Assembly (NCBI GenBank): GCA_021513695.1
Contig: CP084166.1
Location: 576,001 to 640,000, forward strand
Direction of reading: 5' to 3'
From: Candidatus Heimdallarchaeum aukensis
GTDB lineage: Archaea; Asgardarchaeota; Heimdallarchaeia; Heimdallarchaeales; Heimdallarchaeaceae
DNA: 64,000 nt
Shown: positions 18,831-28,313 of the stretch, one piece after another
How positions within the stretch are numbered: position 1 is the first letter of the stretch
How the letters are laid out: every line of letters begins with the position of its first letter
Program-made: the position numbers and the translations under genes
The notes under the pieces: generated by a model
What the model was told of the DNA's origin: nothing
Seen by the model: the letters and a program-made list of their open reading frames with translations, nothing else
The model's database searches: none

Positions 18831-20405
18831 TCAATCCTTTGAAGTGAGATGATATTTATATTCTTTTCCGAATATTTTTAGAAATTTTGCGATATATAAT
18901 TCAAAATCTATTATCCCACCTACTTGTTTATTATCTGCCTTAATAACTGCATATTCTAAAGGAGCATGCGCTCTTCCACTATGTCCCATTCCTGCTACTA
19001 TAAAAGGTATTTTCAATTTTTGCTGGAATAAAGAAAATGGAGCTGAACCTGCAAGTAGAGGTAGGACCATTACTTCTTTTTTGAATTCCTTGTACAACCT
19101 GTAAGAAATTTGAGCTAATGGATGTGAGAAAGGTATTTTTGCTGGCTCATATCCTCCTTTTTCAAATTCATATTCTATCATTGGAAAGTTTCTATCAAGA
19201 AATTCACTATATTTCTGTATCACATAAGATCTTGACTGAAATGGAGGGATTCTTATATCTAAATTTGCTTTTACTTCATGAGGGATTATTGTCATTGTTC
19301 CTTCTCCATAATATCCTCCTTCTATCCCATTTACTGATAACCCAGGTTTAAACAATATTTCTATTACTGCTTCTTTTCCCTTTAGTTCTTCTCCTTCTTT
19401 ATTGTTTCTAAATCTTTGAATTAGTCCTCCCCGCTTCATATTTTCTTCAAGAGAGTATTTTTTTAGATACTCCTCAATTATTTTTTCATCTTCCTCATTA
19501 GGATTTATTATTGCGGGATCATCCATTATTCCAGGAACAAGTATCTCATTTGTTTTATCATTTTTGAGCGAATGAATACATTCTATCAGTTTAAAGATCG
19601 GATTTTCTATTAACCCTGACAACGATGAATGCATATTGATTTTTGCTGGTCCTCCCCACTCTCCTCCTTTACACCGAAGTTTTAAAGCTACTATTCCTTT
19701 CACTCCTAAAGGCATACTTATCCTACCTAATTCATCTTCCCAAAAAGCAGGAAAAAGCAAAGCATCAGCTTTTTCTAGTTTTTCTTTATATTGTTCTATA
19801 AAGGGACCAATGTGTGTTGAACCTAGTTCTTCTTCTCCTTCTAGAGCAAAGATTATATTTACTGGTAATTCTCCATACAGTTCCTTATATACTTCTAAGA
19901 CATTAAAAAAAGCTATCGTTGGGCCTTTCTGATTACATACTCCTCTACCAAGAAGACATTTTCCTTTATATCCTTCTATCCACTCAAAATCAATTATTTC
20001 TGCGCCAAAGGGGTCAATCATTTTTTCTTCATAAACCCATTTTTCTGGAAATACAGGTTGAACATCATACATGCTGTAAAATAGAATAGTAGGTTTAGTT
20101 TCATCATGAACTAATTCTCCATAAACTACAGGGTGACCAAATTCACCTTTAGTCAAATCAACTAAATGAACGTCTTCTCCTCCTAAATGGACAATTTTCT
20201 CCATTAACATTTCTGTCATTTTTTCTATTCCGTTTCCATCAGCAGATACCGAAGGTTGTTTAATAAATCGTCTAATTTCTTCAATATGTTTAGTTTCAAA
20301 ATCTGTTTTTATTTTTGAATAAATTTCTTCAATATTCAATTTAATCACTAATAATTTACATTGTTTGTATAAATAGCTTTTGAGACTTTTTACTAAAAAT
20401 ACCAC
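18831..20405 (-). CDS. M20-family (CNDP/Dug1-like dipeptidase) homologue with substitutions at two metal-ligand positions
   Basis: EGEEELGS and GRGVCNQKGP blocks align to M20 EG(M)EE(S)GS and GRGxxDxKG. The Asp is Asn here, and the HxDVQP His is replaced (YSMYDVQP). Confidence 0.7.
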   Translation of the reverse strand: MVFLVKSLKSYLYKQCKLLVIKLNIEEIYSKIKTDFETKHIEEIRRFIKQPSVSADGNGIEKMTEMLMEKIVHLGGEDVHLVDLTKGEFGHPVVYGELVHDETKPTILFYSMYDVQPVFPEKWVYEEKMIDPFGAEIIDFEWIEGYKGKCLLGRGVCNQKGPTIAFFNVLEVYKELYGELPVNIIFALEGEEELGSTHIGPFIEQYKEKLEKADALLFPAFWEDELGRISMPLGVKGIVALKLRCKGGEWGGPAKINMHSSLSGLIENPIFKLIECIHSLKNDKTNEILVPGIMDDPAIINPNEEDEKIIEEYLKKYSLEENMKRGGLIQRFRNNKEGEELKGKEAVIEILFKPGLSVNGIEGGYYGEGTMTIIPHEVKANLDIRIPPFQSRSYVIQKYSEFLDRNFPMIEYEFEKGGYEPAKIPFSHPLAQISYRLYKEFKKEVMVLPLLAGSAPFSLFQQKLKIPFIVAGMGHSGRAHAPLEYAVIKADNKQVGGIIDFELYIAKFLKIFGKEYKYHLTSKD

Positions 20406-20489
20406 TACAATATTTTAGTAGTATTGTAGAGAAAACTGTCTTTGAGTAAAAAATAAAAGATACAGGTGTAAATTAATTTAGGTGAGTAT

Positions 20490-20831
20490 ATGATCAAAAA
20501 ACATTATGATCAAGTTGAAAAACTAGACGTAACAGACTACGGTTCTACAGGAACAACAATTAGATGGTTGATAACAAAAGAAGATGGTGCACCTAGATTT
20601 ACCATGCGAAGATTTGAAATTGAACCAAATGGTCAAATTGGAATGCATAGTCACCCACAAGAGCACGAAATTTACATTTTACAAGGAACTGGAATAGTTT
20701 ACAATGATAAAGAAGAATTTAATGTAAAAGCTCACGATGTATTGTTTGTTCCTCCAGATGAACCCCATGGCTATAAGAATACTGGAAATGAAAACTTCAC
20801 TTTTATCTGTGTCATTCCGTATTTAGAATAA
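20490..20831 (+). CDS. cupin-domain protein
   Basis: GMHSHPQEHEIYILQGTG fits G(x)5HxH(x)3-4E(x)6G. Confidence 0.7.
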   Translation: MIKKHYDQVEKLDVTDYGSTGTTIRWLITKEDGAPRFTMRRFEIEPNGQIGMHSHPQEHEIYILQGTGIVYNDKEEFNVKAHDVLFVPPDEPHGYKNTGNENFTFICVIPYLE

Positions 20832-21283
20832 AAAAATTAACTTTCTTTTACATTTTCAATCCATTTTTTCATTTCATCTATTGTAGGCATAGAACATTTT
20901 GAAACTATCCTTGGACTAGGCTTTTTAGCTACTTCAGTTGCTTTCTATAGTAACTCTTCTGGTTCATGAAATTGCTTATCTGGAGCTTTTGAACTATTAA
21001 GATAAACTTCTATATTTTTTAAGAACAATTTCTTCCATTTTGGTTTAATAAGTTGTAATGTTTCTACTGCTACTTTGTGATTACAGAACGACTCATTGAT
21101 TTTAATGCTATATTAAAATATGATGTCTAAAATTACATTTAAATAAAGAAAGCTTTTCAGTTTGTGGTTGTTCAATTTCTATACAGTGCAAAAAAAATCA
21201 ATAATTATATTTTCAGCTAAAAAAGTCATTGATTAAAATAGTTGTTAGAAAAACCTTAAATTTTATTATTTTCATTAAAAATT

Positions 21284-22066
21284 ATGGGAAAAGCTGAAAA
21301 AGATTATATTGATCGACTAGATGCCCAGTACAAACGTCAATCTGTATGGACGAAAGATTATAGAAATAAGATTTACCGTCAGATTGGTATTAAAGGGGCT
21401 AGAAGAATACTAGAAGTTGGTTGCGGAACAGGGGCCATTACCAAAGAAATTCGAGAAAAAAGCTCTGCTCAAATAACAGCCATCGATAGAGATCATTTAG
21501 TTATTGCTACTGCTCAAGAAAATATTACTGAGGTAGAATTTTATCGTATGAGCGTTGAAGAGATGTCCTTTCGGGATGAAACATTTGATATTGTTTTGTG
21601 TAACTATTTCTTTATGTGGCTTAATAAACCTTTCAAGTCTCTTATGGAGATGGTTAGAGTTTGTAAAACTGGAGGATATATTGTTGCTCTTGCAGAACCT
21701 GATTATGGAGGATGGATAGAACATCCTGATTTTGGTTTGGGAAAAAAACACATAGAAGGAATAAAAAAGCAAGGGGCTGACCCATTTATAGGGAGAAAAC
21801 TTCTTTCATTATTTGAATCTGGAGGGTTAGAAACAACTCTCTCTGTTGTTGCTAATGTCTGGGGAAAAGAAAGATTATTAGAACAAATTAAGAATGAATG
21901 GAAACTTGTTTTAGAAACAGAACAGATAAATGATGAAGAATACCAAGAAATAATAACCAAAGAAGTAAAGACTATAGAAGATAACATGAGAATGATTTTC
22001 TTACCTATATTTTCTGCTATAGGTAAAAAAATAAAATGTGTGCAAAAGCCCTCAACTCCTCCATAA
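21284..22066 (+). CDS. class I SAM-dependent methyltransferase
   Basis: Motif I ILEVGCGTGA; acidic motif II IDRD. Confidence 0.75.
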   Translation: MGKAEKDYIDRLDAQYKRQSVWTKDYRNKIYRQIGIKGARRILEVGCGTGAITKEIREKSSAQITAIDRDHLVIATAQENITEVEFYRMSVEEMSFRDETFDIVLCNYFFMWLNKPFKSLMEMVRVCKTGGYIVALAEPDYGGWIEHPDFGLGKKHIEGIKKQGADPFIGRKLLSLFESGGLETTLSVVANVWGKERLLEQIKNEWKLVLETEQINDEEYQEIITKEVKTIEDNMRMIFLPIFSAIGKKIKCVQKPSTPP

Positions 22067-22146
22067 ACTCTTTTTTTACTATTAAGTAGGCAACACTTAA
22101 TATCCCTACAAAGGATTTTTTTATAAGAAGTTAGAGTGGAAGTCAA

Positions 22147-22845
22147 ATGGATACTAGTTCAAAAATTTTTTTAGTTTTGTTTACATTAACATCGATTCTT
22201 CATATTATAGAAGAGCTTAAAATAGATCTAAAGAAAAAACAAAATTCTATTTTGAGCTCAATTACTAAACTTCTTCTTATTCCATTTTTATTAGTATTTT
22301 ACATAATTTCAGCAATTACAGTATATCCTCTCATAGTCACAGCATTAGTTTCAGGGTTCTTAGGTGATTTATTTTTACTTTTACAAAGATTATATAGAAA
22401 AGAACGCTTCTTCTATTTAGGACTAGGTTCTTTTGCCCTTGGACATGTTTTCTATATTTTTAACTTCATAATTTTGACTTCTTTCCACAATTTTAGATGG
22501 TACTCTATTTTCCTTACATTTCCATTTATTTTAGGAGGAATAATAATAACTAAAATTCTATTAGTGCATATTAAAAAGAAAGAAGAGAAGATTTCAGTAG
22601 TTTTTTACATTTTAATGATGGTTATTTTAGGGATTAGTTCTTCCATACTTTTCGCTTCAAGTTATCGAACAAGTGAATTACTAATCTATCTCGGAGCTAT
22701 ATTTTTCGCAATTTCAGATGGAACAAACGGATATTGCAGATTTGTTAAACCGATTAAATACAAAGGAACTATAATTATGAGCACTTATATTGTAGCTCAA
22801 TTTTTGATTATTTATGGAATGTCCTCACTTACTAACATCATTTAG
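22147..22845 (+). CDS. YhhN-family (lysoplasmalogenase-like) membrane protein
   Basis: About 7 TM helices; GDLFLL and LGHVFYI blocks resemble YhhN GDxxL / (S/G)HxxY motifs. Confidence 0.45.
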   Translation: MDTSSKIFLVLFTLTSILHIIEELKIDLKKKQNSILSSITKLLLIPFLLVFYIISAITVYPLIVTALVSGFLGDLFLLLQRLYRKERFFYLGLGSFALGHVFYIFNFIILTSFHNFRWYSIFLTFPFILGGIIITKILLVHIKKKEEKISVVFYILMMVILGISSSILFASSYRTSELLIYLGAIFFAISDGTNGYCRFVKPIKYKGTIIMSTYIVAQFLIIYGMSSLTNII

Positions 22846-22903
22846 ACACTCTTTCTTTTTCTATTCTGACAACTTTAAATAATACCTTTTTTCGAATTAA
22901 AAT

Positions 22904-23278
22904 ATGAAAGATCTTGATGAATTTAAAGAATTCAGAAAAAAGATGAATGAAAGAATCTTTTCTTATGGAAACAAACAAATAAACAGATTTTTCTCTTTAG
23001 ACTCCCAGTCTTATCGTGAAGGAGCTTTATCTGAAAAAGTAAAAGAACTCTTAGGTTTAGCTACTTCCACAGTTTTGAGATGTGAAGACTGTATTACTTA
23101 TCATATTATAAGAGCTGTTCAAGTTGGATGTACCGATGATGAGATAATAGAAGCACTCGAAATAGCTTTAATCGTTGGGGGGTCAATTGTTATTCCCGAA
23201 TTGCGGAGAGCGGTGTCCACACTAGAAGATTTGAGAGAAAGACAAAAGAAAGGATTATCTATAGATGAATTAGTTTAA
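22904..23278 (+). CDS. carboxymuconolactone decarboxylase (CMD/AhpD-like) family protein
   Basis: LRCEDCITYHI (CxxCxxxH core of the AhpD-like fold). Confidence 0.65.
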   Translation: MKDLDEFKEFRKKMNERIFSYGNKQINRFFSLDSQSYREGALSEKVKELLGLATSTVLRCEDCITYHIIRAVQVGCTDDEIIEALEIALIVGGSIVIPELRRAVSTLEDLRERQKKGLSIDELV

Positions 23279-23344
23279 CACCCCTTCTTTTTTTCATAAC
23301 GTTCTCTTTTTACTGTTAAAAACGAAGAGAAGTAGTTTTGTATC

Positions 23345-23875
23345 TTAACTGTATGTTTTTAGTTTATCTAATTCCATATGTAACAATTTTTTAGCTTCTG
23401 TATTCTTGGAATTTAACCTTAAAGCTTTTTGGAAACACCTAATTGCTTCTTCTCCAGCAAGTACCTTTCCCAAACTGATCCAATCTCTTTCAGATTGGGG
23501 TCTTTGTTCGCCTAAGACAAATTTTAATCCTTCTTCAGGTTTCCCAAAATCTACAAAAACTACATGTTGTTGTATTAGTCCTGTAGATTGGATATTTGGT
23601 AAAATCGTTTTTAACAACGTTTCTTTATAAGTTGGCTCTTGATGTTTTTTTGAAACCAACCAGTACCACTCTGTTACATCTTCTTTTATTTTTGTTACCA
23701 ATATATGAGACTTATATTTTACTTCAGTTTTACACTTTGGGCATTTGTATACATTTATTTTTCCATTTATAATCTGTTTCAGCCTAAACGGTTCTTCATT
23801 CAAATTAATTGAAGAGCAAGCTCGAATTTCAAATTCTTTCGAACAATTTGGACAAATTATAACCTCTCTTTCCAT
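23345..23875 (-). CDS. zinc-ribbon protein with C-terminal TPR-like helix pair
   Basis: CPNCSKEF...CPKCKTEV 4-Cys ribbon; C-terminal EEAIRCFQKALRLNSKNTEAKKLL. Confidence 0.4.
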   Translation of the reverse strand: MEREVIICPNCSKEFEIRACSSINLNEEPFRLKQIINGKINVYKCPKCKTEVKYKSHILVTKIKEDVTEWYWLVSKKHQEPTYKETLLKTILPNIQSTGLIQQHVVFVDFGKPEEGLKFVLGEQRPQSERDWISLGKVLAGEEAIRCFQKALRLNSKNTEAKKLLHMELDKLKTYS

Positions 23876-24016
23876 TGAGCCCCCCTTTTTCAGACTCTAA
23901 ATATAACATATATAAAATAACTTTATAAATCTACTCATTCACAAAAAAAGTCAATTATTACGAAAATAAGCATTTGAAGGAGTATAATAGAGTATTTTTG
24001 AATGAAAGGTTTTTTT

Positions 24017-24069
24017 TGTCGATATTTTTTTCGACACAAATAATAAATTGTCGATATTTTTTTCGACAC
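24017..24069. promoter_or_regulatory. two tandem copies of a 20-21-bp palindrome TGTCGA-N8/9-TCGACA in a divergent intergenic region; candidate operator
   Basis: tgtcgatattttttTcgaca at 24017..24036 and again at 24049..24069 (32-bp period). Lies between the divergent starts of 23345..23875(-) and 24217..24846(+). Confidence 0.4.
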
Positions 24070-24216
24070 AAGTATATTTTCAATCAATTTATTATAGTAT
24101 AAAAAATACTCAGATAGTTTTTCTTTATAATTTAAAGCTCTAAATTATAAAAAAGATGCTGATTGGTTTTTATTGGTACAGAAAAAATCTTTTTAAACTG
24201 AAAAATCTCTTTTAAA

Positions 24217-24846
24217 TTGAATTCAATGATTTCAAGAACATCGATGCTTAAACCAGAATTGCTTAAAAAAATGATGGCTGAAAGTGAAAAGAAAATCAGA
24301 GTAGAAAAAGAGTCTATTAACGCAATTAATGTTTTTCCAGTTGCTGATGGAGACACAGGAGCAAATATGTATTTTACGATAAAGAAAATAGTAGAAGAAG
24401 TTCAAAACGTAACAGATGAAGAAAAAATTCTTTCAGCTATTAATAGAGGAGCATTTTTAGGTGCTAAAGGAAATTCAGGTGTTATTTACTCTCAATTTTT
24501 AATAGGTATAGTTGAGAGCCTGGAAGAACAACAAGAAATTACAATAAATTCATTTTCTAAGGGGCTAGAGCAAGGAGTAGAATATGCTTATGACGCAGTA
24601 ATGAACCCTGTAGAAGGGACAATATTAACTGTTATGCGTAAAGTGGCTGAAAAAGCTGCACAAATAGCAAAAACAAATGAAGAAATTGGGTGGGTAGAGT
24701 TTTTTGATGAATTAATTGAAACAGCTTACAAATCTTTAGAAGAAACTCCAGAACAACTCGAAGTGTTAAAAAACGCAGGAGTAGTAGATGCAGGAGCAAA
24801 AGGTTTTGTTCATATATTAGAATCATGGAGAAAAGCTTTGGAATAA
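24217..24846 (+). CDS. DAK2/DhaL-domain protein (dihydroxyacetone-kinase L-subunit-like nucleotide-binding domain)
   Basis: VFPVADGDTGANM motif and GAKGNSGVI loop characteristic of DAK2; 209 aa; no DhaK partner nearby. Confidence 0.6.
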   Translation: MNSMISRTSMLKPELLKKMMAESEKKIRVEKESINAINVFPVADGDTGANMYFTIKKIVEEVQNVTDEEKILSAINRGAFLGAKGNSGVIYSQFLIGIVESLEEQQEITINSFSKGLEQGVEYAYDAVMNPVEGTILTVMRKVAEKAAQIAKTNEEIGWVEFFDELIETAYKSLEETPEQLEVLKNAGVVDAGAKGFVHILESWRKALE

Positions 24847-24906
24847 ACCTAAATGCTCATAGTTTTCATTTTTCATTTAATTACCTTTAAATAATATTAG
24901 ATTCCT

Positions 24907-26205
24907 TTGCTTGTTATGACTACTTCAGAAGAGTCAATACCAAGTGATAAATTTCTGAACTTAGAAAAAAATAAGATAGTAGAGGGAGAGATATTAAAAG
25001 AAACGGATAAGGAAAAAATAACACTAACTCCTAAAACAGGAAAAACAAGAAGTAAATTTGAATTGTATTTCTTTAGTACAGAAGTAATACTTATGATCGC
25101 GGGTATTGTTATTCTAATTTTAGTTTCAATTAGTCCTTGGCTTTTCTTTGAACACAATTTAATAATAAATAGAGATGAGTATGGAACAGTAATCAGCACA
25201 AGTATGTATATTGGAGATTTATCCCCATTGGCATTAGGATTAACTACTGTTTGCTTGATGTTTCCTTTATTAAACAACTATTTGTACATTTTTGTATTAG
25301 AAAGTGAAAAAAGATTAAAAGCTTATATTATACGATCTGCTACAAATGCAATAGCTTTAGCAGTAATGCTTGCTGTAAAAGCAAATGGAATTTATTTTAA
25401 AAGCAATTATTCACAGGCAGTTTTTTTTGCAATTTATACACTTTTTGGAAACTTTTACTTGAGAACAGCCTTATTGTTTACAAGAAAAAAATCAAAGAGT
25501 ATCTTATTCAGCAGAATAGAATCAGCTTCTCCAGCAGAAATAGAATGGAAAAAATACAACAAAATTTCAGGTTATCTAGCAGTAATATTAGGAATATTCA
25601 TGCTGCAGTTTATTTGGTTAATATACCATCTCATAATTAGACCTGCAAAAATAAACAAAACAAAGGATCAACTAATCATTGAATTTTTGGATTTTGGCCA
25701 AGAAGTAAACTGTAGTAAAATAGCCTTAGAGCTCGCCATTTCGCTTGAAGAAGTAATTTATAGAATAAAAAAGCTAGTATTTAAAGAACAAATCTCTGGA
25801 GAGTTTTCACGTTATGGTTTTATTTTACATGAGATAAAAAATCCAAAATGGTTCTCAAATAAAGTATCCGAGAAATACGAAGCATTTATTCTGACAGTGA
25901 AAATGTCAGAAAAAGAAAAGCATGTTAACAGATTCTTTGATATAGCGGAAAGAAAGAAGATTAGTGTTAATGAATTTAGAAGAATATTTAAGATCAAAGA
26001 TGATTATATCATAAGTGATTTTGTTCTATTACTACCTCCCCATACTGTTAAATTGAGAAAAAACATTGTATTAGGAAAGCAATTCCTTTTATTTAACTAT
26101 GATTTGATCTTGATGAAAAGAAAGCAAATCAAAGAAAGTTTGCTTTACCACTTTGACGAAGTATTTAACCTAAAGATTACTGAAAAGGTAAAAACAAAAA
26201 AATAA
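24907..26205 (+). CDS. membrane protein (N-terminal TM bundle) with C-terminal helical, wHTH-like soluble region
   Basis: 5-6 hydrophobic helices in the first 250 aa; no catalytic motif. Confidence 0.4.
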   Translation: MLVMTTSEESIPSDKFLNLEKNKIVEGEILKETDKEKITLTPKTGKTRSKFELYFFSTEVILMIAGIVILILVSISPWLFFEHNLIINRDEYGTVISTSMYIGDLSPLALGLTTVCLMFPLLNNYLYIFVLESEKRLKAYIIRSATNAIALAVMLAVKANGIYFKSNYSQAVFFAIYTLFGNFYLRTALLFTRKKSKSILFSRIESASPAEIEWKKYNKISGYLAVILGIFMLQFIWLIYHLIIRPAKINKTKDQLIIEFLDFGQEVNCSKIALELAISLEEVIYRIKKLVFKEQISGEFSRYGFILHEIKNPKWFSNKVSEKYEAFILTVKMSEKEKHVNRFFDIAERKKISVNEFRRIFKIKDDYIISDFVLLLPPHTVKLRKNIVLGKQFLLFNYDLILMKRKQIKESLLYHFDEVFNLKITEKVKTKK

Positions 26206-26355
26206 ACTACTTATCTATTATACATTTTTTCTTTTTCGATCTTCTTTTTGCTTTTTATTTTTTCATAGAAATTTGTATTCTGAGTCTTTTTTAAAAGAAA
26301 CAATTTTTAGATTTTTTAGATAAAATTTATTTAGTAGCATTACATTTGGATTTTT

Positions 26356-27426
26356 ATGATATGGCTTTCTTTATCTTATTCAATTTTTTCTTTAATAATT
26401 TTAACAATGTTTCTGATTGTTATTATTATAAAACAACTTGAACTTCGATGTACAGCAGTTTATTTTCTAATCATGATCATTGTATCTATTATTGGATGGA
26501 TAGTTGGAGATATGTTACAGATCATTTTTAGCAGCTTGGAAAATAAAGAATTGGTTCTCCTATTTTCACGAATAGCTACTATAAGTAGCATGATTGCAAT
26601 GATTAGCACAGTCTTATTTGCTAGAGTTCTAACTGCTCGTCAAACTTTGAATTCAACAATCGTAATTATTGCTTTCATGTTGTTTAGTGCTGTCGTTGCT
26701 CTCACTTTAAGTTCTAGTTATAAAGTAATTGATCCACCTAAAGATGTAGAATTTTACAAGACCGAAGCAGAACTCTTATGGGTAATTTTTGATGGAGTTT
26801 TGGTAATATTTGCTGGTTCTGTTTTCCTTTACTATCTTATTCGACAAAGAAAAATTGTACAAAAAAGATACTTACCTGTTTTAACTTTAATGAGCGTAGG
26901 AGTCATAATCGCTTTCTTTGTTAGCACTATCCTTTACACAATTTATGCGATATGGTTTATTGTTCCTTTATTACATTTAGAACTGGTAAGCGCTAGTTTA
27001 GGCGCAATAATAATAGGAATAGCAATGATCAAAGGAGGAAAAGAAGCAATTTACTATTCATCAAGAGTTTTCTCATTACATATTTTTGATGAAGTAGGAA
27101 TAAGCTATTATGCTAGTGTTTTTCAAGCAGGATATATAGTTGATGAGCAATTAATCTCAGGAGTAGCATCAGCTATTATAAGTTTTGCAAAAGAACTAAT
27201 CGGAAAAGAGGTTTTTCCACGAGAAATAGATCTTGACGATTACTCATTATTACTAGCTAAAAAAGACAATATAATTATTCTAATAAGCGTGGAATATCCT
27301 ACTGCACATCTAAGACAGACGATGAACAATATTATTGAAAAATTCAGTATGGATATGAGTGAAGAGGAAATAGGAAATCTTGTTGAAAACTATATATGCT
27401 TTGAACCAAGAAAACTAGTCCACTAA
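26356..27426 (+). CDS. polytopic membrane protein with C-terminal Roadblock/LC7 (MglB-like) domain
   Basis: About 8 TM helices. C-terminus ...GISYYASVFQ...LISGVASAIISFAKELIGKEV...DDYSLLLAKKDNIIILISVEYP fits the beta-alpha-beta-beta Roadblock pattern also seen in 46018.. and 57494.. Confidence 0.5.
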   Translation: MIWLSLSYSIFSLIILTMFLIVIIIKQLELRCTAVYFLIMIIVSIIGWIVGDMLQIIFSSLENKELVLLFSRIATISSMIAMISTVLFARVLTARQTLNSTIVIIAFMLFSAVVALTLSSSYKVIDPPKDVEFYKTEAELLWVIFDGVLVIFAGSVFLYYLIRQRKIVQKRYLPVLTLMSVGVIIAFFVSTILYTIYAIWFIVPLLHLELVSASLGAIIIGIAMIKGGKEAIYYSSRVFSLHIFDEVGISYYASVFQAGYIVDEQLISGVASAIISFAKELIGKEVFPREIDLDDYSLLLAKKDNIIILISVEYPTAHLRQTMNNIIEKFSMDMSEEEIGNLVENYICFEPRKLVH

Positions 27427-27634
27427 TTCTTTCTTTTTTCATTTTTTGCCTAATTTTCGTAAATTTTTATAAGAAAAGCAAGTAAAAATTCTTTAAGCTC
27501 CAATTATTTGTAAAAAATGAGAAAAAAAGAGAATATTAGAGATAAATTCTTAAAAAGGCAAAAATTGAGACAACAATAAAAAAGAAGTTTTAGCATAACA
27601 AGAAAAAGAATCAAATTGAGAGAGAGGTAAAGTA

Positions 27635-28102
27635 ATGAAAAATTACTCAAAATTAATTAAATTTTCTACAGTAATAGCACTACTAGGATTCTTAGTTTCA
27701 CTTTTTCTTTTGTATTCTGAACTAACAAATTCATTTTATTGCGTAATTGAAAAACAATTTTTTGACTGTGCAGAAGTAAATAGAAGCTCTTATGCTACTA
27801 TTCTTGGAATACCAATAAGTCTTATGGGAGCTGTTTACTACTTATTTATTATTATAACTGCAATAATGATAACTAAACAGGTAAAAGAAAAGCTCTTACT
27901 TGATATTTTACTTCCTGTAACTACAACTGCTGGGTTAATTTTCTCTGTCTATTTGACTTTAATAGAAGCATTGGTAATAAAAAAATTCTGTGAATATTGT
28001 TTAACATCAGCAATTTGTAGCCTTATCTTGGCTTTAATTTACTTAATAAGACCTATTGCTAAACTAAAAAAATTCACAGCTAGAAAGGTAAATACAAGCT
28101 AA
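27635..28102 (+). CDS. VKOR/DsbB-like thiol-disulfide oxidoreductase membrane protein
   Basis: 4 TM helices; loop Cys pair (FYCVIEKQFFDC) and CEYC active-site motif at the start of the last TM helix. Confidence 0.5.
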   Translation: MKNYSKLIKFSTVIALLGFLVSLFLLYSELTNSFYCVIEKQFFDCAEVNRSSYATILGIPISLMGAVYYLFIIITAIMITKQVKEKLLLDILLPVTTTAGLIFSVYLTLIEALVIKKFCEYCLTSAICSLILALIYLIRPIAKLKKFTARKVNTS

Positions 28103-28313
28103 AGTTAATCTAATCGAAATAATCAAAAACTTAAAATAGGCTAAAATTTTTTATTTATATGGCTGAAGCAATAATATATTTTTGTATTTCCGCTTCAGCC
28201 CTCCCTCCCTCAATTTTGCATATTAATAATTAAATTCTCAAATTTTTTGAACATTCAAAATTAAAAAAAGTTAAGGAACTGTTTGTGATAAAAAAAGAAA
28301 AAATGTAGTTAGT

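Noticed and set aside
24017-24069. Considered whether the repeated palindromes are a mini CRISPR array
   Set aside because: Only two copies, 32-bp period with no unique spacers of CRISPR length, no cas genes in the window. Better explained as tandem operators.
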